Shown one piece after another: positions 44,159 to 53,527 of a stretch of 64,000 nucleotides of DNA. Each line of letters opens with the position of its first letter. The stretch's first letter is position 1. Origin of the DNA: an uncultured Weeksellaceae bacterium. Its GTDB lineage: Bacteria; Bacteroidota; Bacteroidia; Flavobacteriales_D; CAYVSK01. Below the pieces are notes generated by a model. That model was not told where the DNA came from and did no database searches. It saw only the letters and a list, made by a program, of their open reading frames with translations. Location: assembly GCA_964537825.1 (NCBI GenBank), contig CAZIDL010000003.1, positions 9,679 to 73,678 of the forward strand. The letters are read 5' to 3'. Made by a program: the position numbers and the translations under genes.

Positions 44159-45106
44159 ATGATAAAAGAACGTACCCTTATCTTTTTCCTTCTGCTCGTG
44201 GGGGTCGGGCTCTCCTTTGAAGGACGTGCACAGCGCGAACTTCATTTGACCCAGTACAACCTGCATCAACCCTATCTTAACCCGGCTTCGATATCGAGCT
44301 ATAATGATATTAGTGCTGCCCTCCTTTACAAAAAGCAATGGATGGGTTTTGACGGAGCACCTACCTTCCAGGGATTGGATTTCAATATGCCGATAGGGGA
44401 GACGCAGAGTTCCATCGGGCTCACCGCGTTCAATGATCAGATCGGTATCAACCGTGTCACCGACATCGGGATCAACTATGCCTACCAATTCCAGGTGGGC
44501 GATGCCAGTTATCTGTCGTTCGGACTTACCGGCAATCTGGTGATGATGCAGAGCAATTACAGTAAGTTGGACGTCCAGGATGAACAAGATCCTCGTTTCA
44601 AAGAGGACAGCCGAAACCTTATGGCTCCCGATTTCCGTTTTGGAGCGTATTATTTTCAGGATAATTTCTATTTAGGGTTCGCAACTCCAACGATGCTCAA
44701 GAACCGTATCCATGGGGAACTTGGAAATTATTCCACGAGCACGGAGTTCGACCCTTCTACGATCCACTATTACCTTCATTCGGGTGTCGAGTTTGAATTG
44801 GCTGACAAGTGGAAACTTCAGCCGAGCACGATGCTCAAGTACGTTAGCGGAGCTCCGCTCCAGGTCGATCTGAATGCCCAGGTCCTCTATGATGACCGCT
44901 ACGGCTTGGGGATCGGTTATCGTAGCAAAAAGATCATGAACGCCTTTTTCAATATCCGGTTCGCTCGTAGCTTTCGCGTTGGATACGCATATGACTTCAA
45001 TCTTTCTGAGATCCGTACTAGCTCATCGGGAAGCCATGAGATCATGCTCATCTTCGAGCGGAAGGTTGAGAAGAAGGACGTTAAAGTCAACATCCCGCGT
45101 TTTTAA
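44159..45106 (+). CDS. PorP/SprF-family type IX secretion system membrane protein
   Basis: 315 aa. Signal peptide ending EGRAQ, family N-terminal motif LTQYNLHQPYLNPASIS, WMGFDGAP, and the C-terminal SSGSHEIMLIFE motif. Confidence 0.9.
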   Translation: MIKERTLIFFLLLVGVGLSFEGRAQRELHLTQYNLHQPYLNPASISSYNDISAALLYKKQWMGFDGAPTFQGLDFNMPIGETQSSIGLTAFNDQIGINRVTDIGINYAYQFQVGDASYLSFGLTGNLVMMQSNYSKLDVQDEQDPRFKEDSRNLMAPDFRFGAYYFQDNFYLGFATPTMLKNRIHGELGNYSTSTEFDPSTIHYYLHSGVEFELADKWKLQPSTMLKYVSGAPLQVDLNAQVLYDDRYGLGIGYRSKKIMNAFFNIRFARSFRVGYAYDFNLSEIRTSSSGSHEIMLIFERKVEKKDVKVNIPRF

Positions 45107-45147
45107 TGACCTATTGGTCTTAGGAATAAAGAAAGCAACCCGGAATC

Positions 45148-47070
45148 ATGAAAAAGGTCGTTTCGATCTTTTCTTTTCTGGCCTTTTCAACTTTTTGCCT
45201 GGCGCAGGGTAAAATGAAAGAGGCCGACGAGCATTTCCAATATGCAAGGTATGAACAAGCTCTTAAGGCCTATAAAAAGGTCAAAGAGGAAAAGTCGAGC
45301 GTACCCGAACGGGTTCATACGCGGATAGCTAATTGTCACAGGGAGCTCAAACAATATGAGAAAGCATTGGAGGCATACCAAGAGCTCTATGAAGATGGAC
45401 TCCTAAAAGGTCAGCAACTTTTGAATTACGGCCATCTGCTTCGGAACCATATGAAGTACGCTAAGGCCAAAAAGATCTATCAGGAGTTCGCTGATAACAA
45501 TGCCGACGATCCGAGAGGGTATTACTACAAAGAAGCTTCCAACTGGGCCAAGGAGAACCTCGATAAAAGCCCGGCCTACAAAGTCCGGGAGTTAGGTCTA
45601 GAAACCGGGGGGATCAGTCTTGGCCAATATCCCTTCGAAGGAGGGCTTCTCTTTTCCGCCCCTAAGAAACTGAAAATGGAATGGGGGGAGCTTAGGACCT
45701 ATGATATGGCCTATTCAAAGGGGGAGAAGGGGAGTTACTCCGATCATCAGAAGCTCAAGGGGGATATCAATGGTCAAGCTCATCAGGGGAATCCCTGTGT
45801 TGTCGAGACTAATGAGGGGCCTGTGCTCTACTATTCCTCCAACGTTTCCCAAAAAGTAGCCGAGGTGAACGTGAGGAAGAAGGAAAAATACGGGATCGGG
45901 GAGAATATGGTGAATCGGCTTCATATCATGGTAGCTGAGCGCGAGAATGGAAAGTGGAAGAAAAAAGAAGGGCCGGACTTCGATCAAAAAGGTAGTGACT
46001 TTGCTCAGCCAAATGTGACGCCGAACCAGGATTCATTGTTCTTCGTTTCTAACCAAAAAGGCGGGAAAGGAGGGTACGATATCTATCTTGCTACCCAAAC
46101 GGATACAGGTTGGGGCGAGCCGAAAAACCTTGGCGAACCCATCAACTCGATGGAAGATGAGATGTTCCCCTTTTGGCGCAATAACACCCTTTATTTCGCT
46201 TCCTACGGGCACTTCAATTTCGGGGGAAGTGACATCTTCAAATGCAAGTACGATCCGGAAAAGGGCGAATGGGGAAGTGTTGAGAACATGGGGCGCCCCA
46301 TCAACAGCCCTTGGGACGATTTCGCTTATACCCTCACTTCCAACTCTGATTCAGGTTTCTTCTCCTCCAATCGGAACACGGACCCAGGAAAAGACCGGAT
46401 CTTCGCTTTCAAGAACCTGCAACTTCCCGATACCATCCGTGGGATCGCAAGGAACCGTATCAATTCCCAACCGATCGATGGCGTGCAGGTGACCCTTTTC
46501 CACAATGATGAGACCGTTTCGCAGCAGACCACCAATGAGACCGGGAAGTGCAAGCTGATCCTGGAACAGAACACTGCGTACAGGGTTCGTTTTAAGAAAG
46601 AAGGATACGAAAAGAAAGAATACGATATTCCAAAGGATGAACGGGAAGATGTGATCGCCCTCCTGAATTCGATCGAGCTGGATCCGAAGCCCACCAAGGA
46701 CAAAGTGATCGAGCTCAACAACATCTATTTCGATTACGGGAAGGCGGAGCTGCGCACGAAAGGAAAGAAAACCCTGGACAAGCTCTACGGCTACATGAAG
46801 GATCATCCTGAGGCCCGCATCGAGCTGAGTGCCCATACGGACGCGCAGTCCAGCGCTGAATTCAACATGAACCTCTCGAAAGAACGAGCGAACGCTTGTT
46901 ACGATTACCTCAAGGATAAAGGATTGAGCACCGATCGCATGATCCCCAAAGGATATGGCGAGACGCAGCTCGTTAACGAGTGCAGTGACGGGGTTGAGTG
47001 TCCTGACGAGAAGCACCAGGAGAACCGCCGTGTGGAGATCAAGTTCCTCGAGAAAGCGAGCGGGTCCTGA
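45148..47070 (+). CDS. TPR / PD40(WD40-like) / carboxypeptidase-regulatory-like / OmpA-domain protein
   Basis: 640 aa.
- Signal peptide.
- N-terminal TPR-like helices (YEQALKAYKKV, YEKALEAYQEL).
- TolB-like PD40 repeats (FFVSNQKGGKGGYDIYLA, LYFASYGHFNFGGSDIFKC, GFFSSNRNTDPGKDRIFAF).
- CarboxypepD_reg-like segment.
- C-terminal OmpA domain (NIYFDYGKAEL...LSAHTD...NRRVEIKF). Confidence 0.88.
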   Translation: MKKVVSIFSFLAFSTFCLAQGKMKEADEHFQYARYEQALKAYKKVKEEKSSVPERVHTRIANCHRELKQYEKALEAYQELYEDGLLKGQQLLNYGHLLRNHMKYAKAKKIYQEFADNNADDPRGYYYKEASNWAKENLDKSPAYKVRELGLETGGISLGQYPFEGGLLFSAPKKLKMEWGELRTYDMAYSKGEKGSYSDHQKLKGDINGQAHQGNPCVVETNEGPVLYYSSNVSQKVAEVNVRKKEKYGIGENMVNRLHIMVAERENGKWKKKEGPDFDQKGSDFAQPNVTPNQDSLFFVSNQKGGKGGYDIYLATQTDTGWGEPKNLGEPINSMEDEMFPFWRNNTLYFASYGHFNFGGSDIFKCKYDPEKGEWGSVENMGRPINSPWDDFAYTLTSNSDSGFFSSNRNTDPGKDRIFAFKNLQLPDTIRGIARNRINSQPIDGVQVTLFHNDETVSQQTTNETGKCKLILEQNTAYRVRFKKEGYEKKEYDIPKDEREDVIALLNSIELDPKPTKDKVIELNNIYFDYGKAELRTKGKKTLDKLYGYMKDHPEARIELSAHTDAQSSAEFNMNLSKERANACYDYLKDKGLSTDRMIPKGYGETQLVNECSDGVECPDEKHQENRRVEIKFLEKASGS

Positions 47071-47123
47071 GCTTTCTCCACTTTCCGTTTCAGGAGCTTT
47101 TCGTTCCTCCCCTTCCCGAACCT

Positions 47124-47131
47124 TATCTTTG
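47124..47131 (+). promoter_or_regulatory. candidate -7 box (TATCTTTG) upstream of kbl
   Basis: Exact TAnnTTTG match 43 nt upstream of ATG 47175. Only a TTTC near-match sits about 20 nt further upstream. Confidence 0.3.
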
Positions 47132-47174
47132 AACAGCGCAACCGCGCTTTTCTAGAACCAAAGGAGCGTCTGAC

Positions 47175-48371
47175 ATGTACGGTAGCATCAAAGAACATCT
47201 CAGGAGCGAGCTGGACCGCCTCAAGGATGAAGGGCTCTACAAGGAAGAACGGGTGATCGCTTCCCCCCAGGGAGCTGACATCCAGCTCGAGGATGGCAAG
47301 GAGGTCATCAATTTTTGCGCGAACAATTACCTCGGGCTCTCTTCGGACCCCGAACTCATCCAGGCTGCCAAGGATACGATGGATCAGAGAGGATACGGGC
47401 TTTCCTCCGTGCGTTTCATCTGTGGCACCATGGATATCCACAAGGAGCTCGAGAAAAAGATCGCCGAGTTCTCAGGTACGGATGACACCATTCTCTATGC
47501 TGCCGCCTTCGATGCTAATGGGGGTGTTTTCGAACCCATCCTGACGAAAGAGGACGCTATCATTTCGGATGCTTTGAACCATGCATCCATCATCGATGGA
47601 GTGCGGCTTTGTAAAGCCCAGCGTTATCGCTACGCGCACAGCGATATGAACGAGCTTGAGGAGTGTCTGAAGCAAGCTCAGGAGCAGCGCTTCCGGGTGA
47701 TCGTTACCGATGGCGTTTTCTCAATGGACGGAGATGTGGCCAAACTCCGGGAGATATGCGATCTGGCCGAAAACTACGATGCGCTCGTTATGGTCGATGA
47801 TTGCCATGCTACGGGGTTTATGGGAAAAAATGGAAAAGGCTCTCCTGAATACTGTGACGTGATGGGAAAGGTGGACATCATTACCGGGACCCTGGGTAAA
47901 GCCCTGGGTGGTGCGATGGGGGGATATGCCACCGGCCGCAAGGAGATCATCGAGATGCTCCGGCAACGATCCCGCCCCTACCTTTTTTCCAATTCTCTTG
48001 CGCCCCCGATAGTTGGGGCTTCCCTGAAGGTGTTCGAACTCCTTGACCGGAGTACAGAGCTGCGGGACAAACTCGAGGAGAACACGGCTTACTTCCGTGA
48101 AGAGCTCCAAAAAGCAGGCTTCGATCTCAAAGAAGGGGAATCACCCATCATTCCGATCATGCTTTACGATGCCCCTCTCGCCCAAAAGTTCGCATCGAGG
48201 CTCATCGAAGAGGGGATCTATGTGATCGGCTTCTTCTATCCCGTGGTGCCCCAAGGGGAGGCCCGGATCCGGGTGCAGCTCTCAGCTGCCCATGAAAAGG
48301 AACACCTCGATCGAGCGTTGGAGGCTTTTGTGAGGATCGGGCAAGAACTGGAGGTTATTCAACCCGCCTGA
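47175..48371 (+). CDS. kbl: glycine C-acetyltransferase (2-amino-3-ketobutyrate CoA ligase)
   Basis: 398 aa class-II aminotransferase. [30 protein letters not shown], and the PLP-lysine context [10 protein letters not shown]. Confidence 0.93.
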   Translation: MYGSIKEHLRSELDRLKDEGLYKEERVIASPQGADIQLEDGKEVINFCANNYLGLSSDPELIQAAKDTMDQRGYGLSSVRFICGTMDIHKELEKKIAEFSGTDDTILYAAAFDANGGVFEPILTKEDAIISDALNHASIIDGVRLCKAQRYRYAHSDMNELEECLKQAQEQRFRVIVTDGVFSMDGDVAKLREICDLAENYDALVMVDDCHATGFMGKNGKGSPEYCDVMGKVDIITGTLGKALGGAMGGYATGRKEIIEMLRQRSRPYLFSNSLAPPIVGASLKVFELLDRSTELRDKLEENTAYFREELQKAGFDLKEGESPIIPIMLYDAPLAQKFASRLIEEGIYVIGFFYPVVPQGEARIRVQLSAAHEKEHLDRALEAFVRIGQELEVIQPA

Positions 48372-48458
48372 ATACGAGCAGGGCTTGGCCGGATCGAAAA
48401 TTCACCTTAACTTCGCGGCCCGTTCTGAACGGGAACGGCGAACAAAAAGTGCTTCATC

Positions 48459-48917
48459 GTGGACCAAGTGAGTTTCAAGACCCGCAGCGCCAACAAAGAG
48501 AGCGTGACCAAAAAGTGGTACGTCGTGGATGCCAGTGAGCAGCCCGTCGGACGATTGGCCAGTAAGGTGGCCCAGTTGCTCCGCGGAAAGCACAAACCGG
48601 ATTTCACTCCCCACGTCGATTGCGGTGACAATATCATCATCATCAACGCTGATCAAGTGAAGTTCACCGGTAATAAATGGCGCGACAAGGAATACCGGTG
48701 GTATACCGGATATACGAGCGGGCTCCGGAGCATCACGGCTGAGGACATGCACAAGCGAAAGCCGATCCGTATCGTAGAGAAAGCGATCAAGAACATGCTT
48801 CCCAAGAATCGTCTCAGTCGGCGCATATTCCGGAAAAACCTCTTCGTTTACGAAGGAGCCGAACACGAACAACAGGCGCAAAAGCCTGAAGCGCTCGATA
48901 TTAACTCCATCAAATGA
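48459..48917 (+). CDS. rplM: 50S ribosomal protein L13
   Basis: 152 aa, GTG start. KKWYVVDASEQPVGRLAS..AQLLRGKHKP.FTPHVDCGD.IIIINA is a textbook L13 sequence. Confidence 0.96.
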   Translation: MDQVSFKTRSANKESVTKKWYVVDASEQPVGRLASKVAQLLRGKHKPDFTPHVDCGDNIIIINADQVKFTGNKWRDKEYRWYTGYTSGLRSITAEDMHKRKPIRIVEKAIKNMLPKNRLSRRIFRKNLFVYEGAEHEQQAQKPEALDINSIK

Positions 48918-49315
48918 GCCAGGGATCCATGGAGAACATTACGACGAGCGGTCGCAGAAAGCAATCCACAGCCCGGGTGCATTTCCGGAAAGGCAGTGGT
49001 AAAATGACCGTGAACGGGAAGGAACACAAAGAATATTTCGACACCCCTCTACTACAGGAGCTTATCGATAAGCCTTTTCGTCTCACCGAGATGCAGGGGC
49101 AGTTCGATATTAAAGTGAACGTCGACGGGGGTGGTATCAGTGGACAGGCTGAGGCCACGCGCCTTGCGATCGGAAAAGCCCTGGTCGAATACGACCCCGA
49201 GAACCGCGCGAAGCTCAAGCCTTATGCGCTACTGACAAGGGATTCCCGAATGGTGGAACGGAAAAAGCCTGGACGCAAGAAAGCCCGGAAATCCGGTCAG
49301 TTCAGTAAACGCTAA
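48914..49315 (+). CDS. rpsI: 30S ribosomal protein S9
   Basis: GRRKQSTARV...GGGISGQAEATRLAIGKAL...LLTRDSRMVERKKPG..KARK..QFSKR. ATG 48914 overlaps the L13 stop (ATGA). In-frame ATG 48929 (MENITTSGRRK) is an alternative start. Confidence 0.95.
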   Translation: MSQGSMENITTSGRRKQSTARVHFRKGSGKMTVNGKEHKEYFDTPLLQELIDKPFRLTEMQGQFDIKVNVDGGGISGQAEATRLAIGKALVEYDPENRAKLKPYALLTRDSRMVERKKPGRKKARKSGQFSKR

Positions 49316-49344
49316 AGCAGCGAACAGAAACAGTACGGCAGACA

Positions 49345-50226
49345 ATGGCGAAGATCGACTTCCAGGAATTGCTCGACGCAGGGGTCCATTACGGCCATCT
49401 GAAACGCAAGTGGGACCCCAATATCGCTCCTTACATCTTCGATGAGAAGGAAGGGGTTCACGTGATCGACCTCAACAAGACCAGCAAGAAGATCGAAGAG
49501 GCTTCGAACGTCCTTAAGGACATGGCGAAGAACGGCAAGAAGATCCTCTTCGTGGCCACGAAAAAGCAGGCCAAGGACATCCTGGAAGAGCGTATCAAGC
49601 CTTCCAATATGCCCTATGTGACCGAGCGTTGGCCTGGTGGAATGCTGACCAACTTCGCAACGATCCGGCGTGCGATCCGTAAGATGAACAACATCGATAA
49701 GCGCTTCAGCGATGGGACCTACGATAACCTGTCAAAGCGGGAGCGTTTGGCTTTTGCGCGCGAGCGCGACAAGTTGAAGAAACATCTCGGCAGTGTTGCC
49801 GGATTGACGCGTTTGCCAGCAGCTCTCTTCGTGGTGGATATCAAGAAGGAGAACATCGCCGTCAACGAGGCCCGCAAGCTCAACATCCCCACTTTCGGTA
49901 TCGTCGACACCAATTCCGACCCAACCTTGGTCGATTACCCTATTCCGGCGAACGATGATGCTTCGGAGTCCATCGCTAAGATCCTGGACCTCGTGATCCA
50001 ACCCATCGAAGAAGGGCTTCAGGAACGGGAGCAGGAAAAGGAAGAACGGAAGAAAGAGAAGAGCAAAGAGAAAGCAGCCGCCGGTAGCGAAGAGAGCAGC
50101 GATGAAAAGGAAGGGAGCAGCGAGCAGGAAGCGGAAAAGAGCGATGAAACCGCAACTAAAAGCGCTGCTGTGGCAAGTAAGAAGGAGGAAGAAAGTTCCG
50201 GGGAGAGCAGCGGAGAGAATAGCTGA
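49345..50226 (+). CDS. rpsB: 30S ribosomal protein S2 with long acidic/serine-rich C-terminal tail
   Basis: The core LLDAGVHYGH...RWPGGMLTNF...PTFGIVDTNSDP is canonical S2. The last 70 aa or so are E/K/S-rich low complexity. Confidence 0.96.
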   Translation: MAKIDFQELLDAGVHYGHLKRKWDPNIAPYIFDEKEGVHVIDLNKTSKKIEEASNVLKDMAKNGKKILFVATKKQAKDILEERIKPSNMPYVTERWPGGMLTNFATIRRAIRKMNNIDKRFSDGTYDNLSKRERLAFARERDKLKKHLGSVAGLTRLPAALFVVDIKKENIAVNEARKLNIPTFGIVDTNSDPTLVDYPIPANDDASESIAKILDLVIQPIEEGLQEREQEKEERKKEKSKEKAAAGSEESSDEKEGSSEQEAEKSDETATKSAAVASKKEEESSGESSGENS

Positions 50227-50258
50227 TAAATAATCCAAAGACGCGTACGAACGAGCCA

Positions 50259-51092
50259 ATGGCGACCGTAACGAGCAACGACGTAAGAAGGCTCCGGGAT
50301 TTCACCGGTGCTGGTATGATGGACTGTAAAAAAGCTCTTGAAGAGGCGGACAACGATTTTGATCAAGCCGTCGAATTCCTCCGTAAGAAAGGGCAGAAAG
50401 TCGCTCAGAAAAGACAGGAACGGGAGGCCACCGAAGGGCTCGTCCTCGCAAAAGCAGCCGAGAACGGTAAGGAAGGCGTGCTGATCACTGTGAACTGTGA
50501 AACGGATTTCGTCGCGAAGAACGAAGAATTCGGATCTTTTGCCCGGGATGTGTTAAGAACCGCCCTTGATGAAAAACCGGGGAATGTTGAAGAACTGAAG
50601 GAGAAGAACTACCCTGATAGCGATCTCAGCATCTCGGAAAAGTTGACCGAGATCATCGGAAAGATCGGGGAGAAGATCGAATTCGATACGGTCGATCGCG
50701 TCGAAGCTGAGACCGTGGTAGCATATGAGCATCCAGGCAACAAGATCGCTGCTCTTGTCGGAATGAATAAGCCCGGCCATGAGGAGATCGCCAGGGAACT
50801 AGCCATGCAGATCGCAGCGATGGACCCGGTATCCCTGGACGAGAACGATGTTCCGGAGGACATCAAAGAGCGGGAGCTCGAGAACGGACGTGAGCAAGCA
50901 CGACAAGAAGGTAAACCCGACGACATCGTCGAAAAGATCGCTGAAGGAAAGCTCAAGAAGTTCTACAAGGAGAGCACCCTAATCCATCAGCCTTTTGTAA
51001 AAGACAACAACAAGACGGTGGCTGAATACCTCAAGGAAAAAGACCCTGAATTGAAAGTGACCGATTTCAAGCGATATTCGCTGGAAGGATGA
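50259..51092 (+). CDS. tsf: translation elongation factor Ts
   Basis: 277 aa. The UBA-like N-terminus VRRLRDFTGAGMMDCKKALEEA is the signature EF-Ts motif. Confidence 0.96.
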   Translation: MATVTSNDVRRLRDFTGAGMMDCKKALEEADNDFDQAVEFLRKKGQKVAQKRQEREATEGLVLAKAAENGKEGVLITVNCETDFVAKNEEFGSFARDVLRTALDEKPGNVEELKEKNYPDSDLSISEKLTEIIGKIGEKIEFDTVDRVEAETVVAYEHPGNKIAALVGMNKPGHEEIARELAMQIAAMDPVSLDENDVPEDIKERELENGREQARQEGKPDDIVEKIAEGKLKKFYKESTLIHQPFVKDNNKTVAEYLKEKDPELKVTDFKRYSLEG

Positions 51093-51102
51093 ATCCTTTA
51101 AA

Positions 51103-51132
51103 AGCCTGTTCCGCCGGAACAGGCTTTTTTTT
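51103..51132 (+). terminator. rho-independent terminator after tsf
   Basis: Perfect 10-bp stem AGCCTGTTCC-gcc-GGAACAGGCT followed by a run of 8 T. It starts 11 nt after the tsf stop. Confidence 0.9.
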
Positions 51133-51199
51133 GCCCGATCGGGGAAAGGCCGTGTAGTACCTTTTGTTTTAACTTAGCGATAACGAGCGATAGCTTGCC

Positions 51200-51910
51200 A
51201 TGAAATACAAGCGGGTCCTACTTAAACTGAGTGGAGAATCCCTGATGGGAGATCAGGAGTACGGGATCGATAACGAACGGCTCTCCGCTTATGCCCGTGA
51301 GATCAAAAGCATCGCCGAACAGGGTGTACAGACCGCTATCGTGATCGGAGGAGGGAACATCTTTCGCGGTATACAGACCACGGAAAGTGTGGTCAAACGC
51401 GTCCAGGGCGATTACATGGGCATGCTCGCCACCATGATCAATAGCATGGCCCTTCAGTCCGCTCTCGAAGCACTTGGGTTGCAAACGCGCCTCCTCTCAG
51501 CGATCAAGATGGAGAAGATCGCCGAGCCGTTCATTCGTCGCCGGGCCATCCGCCACCTCGAAAAAGGTCGCGTCGTCATCTTCGGAGCTGGTACCGGCAA
51601 TCCTTACTTTACCACCGACTCCGCTGCATCCTTGCGAGCTGTTGAGGTGGAATGCGACGTGATCCTCAAAGGGACCCGCGTGGATGGGATCTATACCGCC
51701 GATCCGGAAAAGGACGAAGGGGCCCTCCGTTACAGTACGGTGACCTTCAGTGAAGTATATGAGAAAGGGCTCCACGTGATGGACCTTACCGCCTTCACCC
51801 TCTGCAACGAGAACAAACTCCCTATCGTCGTCTTCGATATGAACAATCCTGGTAATCTGCTCAGAGTGGTTCAAGGTGATGAGGTCGGTACACTGGTCGA
51901 AAGTGGCTAA
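51200..51910 (+). CDS. pyrH: UMP kinase
   Basis: 236 aa. [23 protein letters not shown], and [15 protein letters not shown] motifs. Confidence 0.96.
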   Translation: MKYKRVLLKLSGESLMGDQEYGIDNERLSAYAREIKSIAEQGVQTAIVIGGGNIFRGIQTTESVVKRVQGDYMGMLATMINSMALQSALEALGLQTRLLSAIKMEKIAEPFIRRRAIRHLEKGRVVIFGAGTGNPYFTTDSAASLRAVEVECDVILKGTRVDGIYTADPEKDEGALRYSTVTFSEVYEKGLHVMDLTAFTLCNENKLPIVVFDMNNPGNLLRVVQGDEVGTLVESG

Positions 51911-51937
51911 ATTGGCATCCCTAAAAGGATTCTCCCT

Positions 51938-52504
51938 ATGCACGAGGAAGTGGAATTCATTAAAGAAAGTAGCAAAGAATCGATGGAAAGCGCCATCAAG
52001 CACCTTAGGGATCGTCTCTCCCGAGTACGCACCGGCAAAGCGGATCCCAACATGCTCGACCATATCATGGTGGAGTATTATGGGGCCCAAACACCCCTGA
52101 ACCAGCTCGCTAACGTCAATACACCCGATGGTTCTACCATCACCATCCAGCCCTTTGAACAAGGGATGATCCAGGCCATCGAAAAGGCCATCCAGGATGC
52201 TGACCTCGGGCTTAATCCCCAGAACAATGGGGAGCGCGTGATCATCAATATTCCGCCCTTGACCGAAGAACGCCGCCAACAGATGACGAAAACGGTGCGC
52301 TCCGAGGCAGAGGATGCTAAGGTGAGCATCCGCAATGCCCGAAGGGAGGCGAACGATTCCCTCAAGAAGCTTAAGAAGGAAGGGACCATTTCAGAGGATG
52401 AGGAGCTCGAAGGGGAGAAGGAGATCCAAAAGCTTACCGACTCCTTTACGGGCAAGGTGGACGAATTGGTGAATGCCAAGGAAGCGGACCTGCGCTCCTT
52501 CTGA
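51938..52504 (+). CDS. frr: ribosome recycling factor
   Basis: 188 aa. LSRVRTGKADPNMLD.IMVEYYG..TPLNQLANV, LGLNPQNNGE.I.I.IPPLTEERR. Confidence 0.96.
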   Translation: MHEEVEFIKESSKESMESAIKHLRDRLSRVRTGKADPNMLDHIMVEYYGAQTPLNQLANVNTPDGSTITIQPFEQGMIQAIEKAIQDADLGLNPQNNGERVIINIPPLTEERRQQMTKTVRSEAEDAKVSIRNARREANDSLKKLKKEGTISEDEELEGEKEIQKLTDSFTGKVDELVNAKEADLRSF

Positions 52505-53527
52505 TCAGGCCCAGACCTTACAACCTTCCGTACAATTCCGGCAGATGTCGATGGAGTTCCTCGACCCTAGGACGCTTCGCCGAAAGCCCTGATAGGCTTC
52601 GCCTTTCCAGATATCCTCGAAATTGTTTTGCTGAAGGTCCCCTAAACGGTGCTCTGCGTCCTTGTCAAAGCAGCAGGGGACGACCATTCCATCCCAGGTG
52701 ATAACACTGGAATGCCAAAGCTTCCAGCAGTGGTCCTTCAACTTGTACTTGATACGGTACTTGCCGTCCTGCCCTTTTTTGTACCTCGAGTATTTCGAGC
52801 GGGTCGGGATCAGCCCGTTCTTGTCGTAAGGGTCATTGATCTGCGCGGTCTTGTAACGGACCTCGTCCACGCCCAAATCCTTCCCGAGCCGAGCAACGTC
52901 TTCGATCTGATGTTCGTTGGGGCGCACCACCAGGAATTGGAGGATCACGTGAGGGGTGCCTGAGCCTTTCTCCCGCTTTTTTCGGATCAGGTTGCGGATC
53001 CCGTCCAACGCCTTGTCCAGCTTCCCCTTTCGCCGATATTGTTCGTAGACCTCCTGGGTAGTCCCGTCCACGGATACGATCATTCGGTCGAGACCGGAAT
53101 CCACCGTTCGTTCAGCAAGCCGATCGTGAAGAAAATGGGCATTGGTGGAAGTAGCGGTGTAGATCCCTTTGGAGGAGGCATAGCTCACCATGTCCAAGAA
53201 GTTCGGATGGATGAAGGGTTCCCCTTGAAAGTAGAAGAGCAGGTAGACGGTGCGCTCGCTCAGTTCATCGATCCACCTCCGATGATCCGCTTCGCGGATC
53301 ATCCCCGTATTTCTGCTAAATTGCCGGAGCCCGCTCGGACATTCCGGACAACGAAGGTTGCAGGAGGTTGTGGGCTCGATCGATACGCTGATCGGCATGC
53401 CCCACTGAACGGGCTTTCGGGTCCATCTGGACCAATAGAAACTGCTGAGGACCTTGATCAGATTCAAGCTCCTTTTTAACGTGAACTTCGAGGCTAGATT
53501 GAAGCCGTCGCGGATCTTTCCGATCAT
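52505..53527 (-). CDS. radical SAM / SPASM-domain protein, substrate unknown
   Basis: CxxxCxxC cluster motif in EPTTSCNLRCPECPSG. C-terminal Cys-rich SPASM-like region (CWKLWHS...VPCCFD...CRNCTEGC). The ORF is open to 53605, but ATG at 53527 (MIGKIRDG...) leaves about 44 aa before the cluster motif. That spacing fits my recollection of the family. Confidence 0.85.
   Translation of the reverse strand: MIGKIRDGFNLASKFTLKRSLNLIKVLSSFYWSRWTRKPVQWGMPISVSIEPTTSCNLRCPECPSGLRQFSRNTGMIREADHRRWIDELSERTVYLLFYFQGEPFIHPNFLDMVSYASSKGIYTATSTNAHFLHDRLAERTVDSGLDRMIVSVDGTTQEVYEQYRRKGKLDKALDGIRNLIRKKREKGSGTPHVILQFLVVRPNEHQIEDVARLGKDLGVDEVRYKTAQINDPYDKNGLIPTRSKYSRYKKGQDGKYRIKYKLKDHCWKLWHSSVITWDGMVVPCCFDKDAEHRLGDLQQNNFEDIWKGEAYQGFRRSVLGSRNSIDICRNCTEGCKVWA

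Noticed and set aside
47135-47153. AGCGC-aacc-GCGCT hairpin followed by TTTTCT, considered as the terminator of the OmpA-domain gene
   Set aside because: The stem is only 5 bp. It lies immediately downstream of a perfect TAnnTTTG box for kbl, so it may equally be part of the kbl 5' leader. That is too weak to call.
48372-48458. Possible ribosomal-protein leader or attenuator upstream of rplM, including the CCCGTTC-t-GAACGGG palindrome
   Set aside because: The region is short, the palindrome has an impossible 1-nt loop, and there is no resemblance I can verify to known L13 leaders. No promoter box was found either.
51497-52279. 260-aa minus-strand ORF spanning pyrH and frr
   Set aside because: It overlaps two universally conserved genes on the other strand and crosses their intergenic gap. 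No motifs are present, so I treat it as a shadow ORF.
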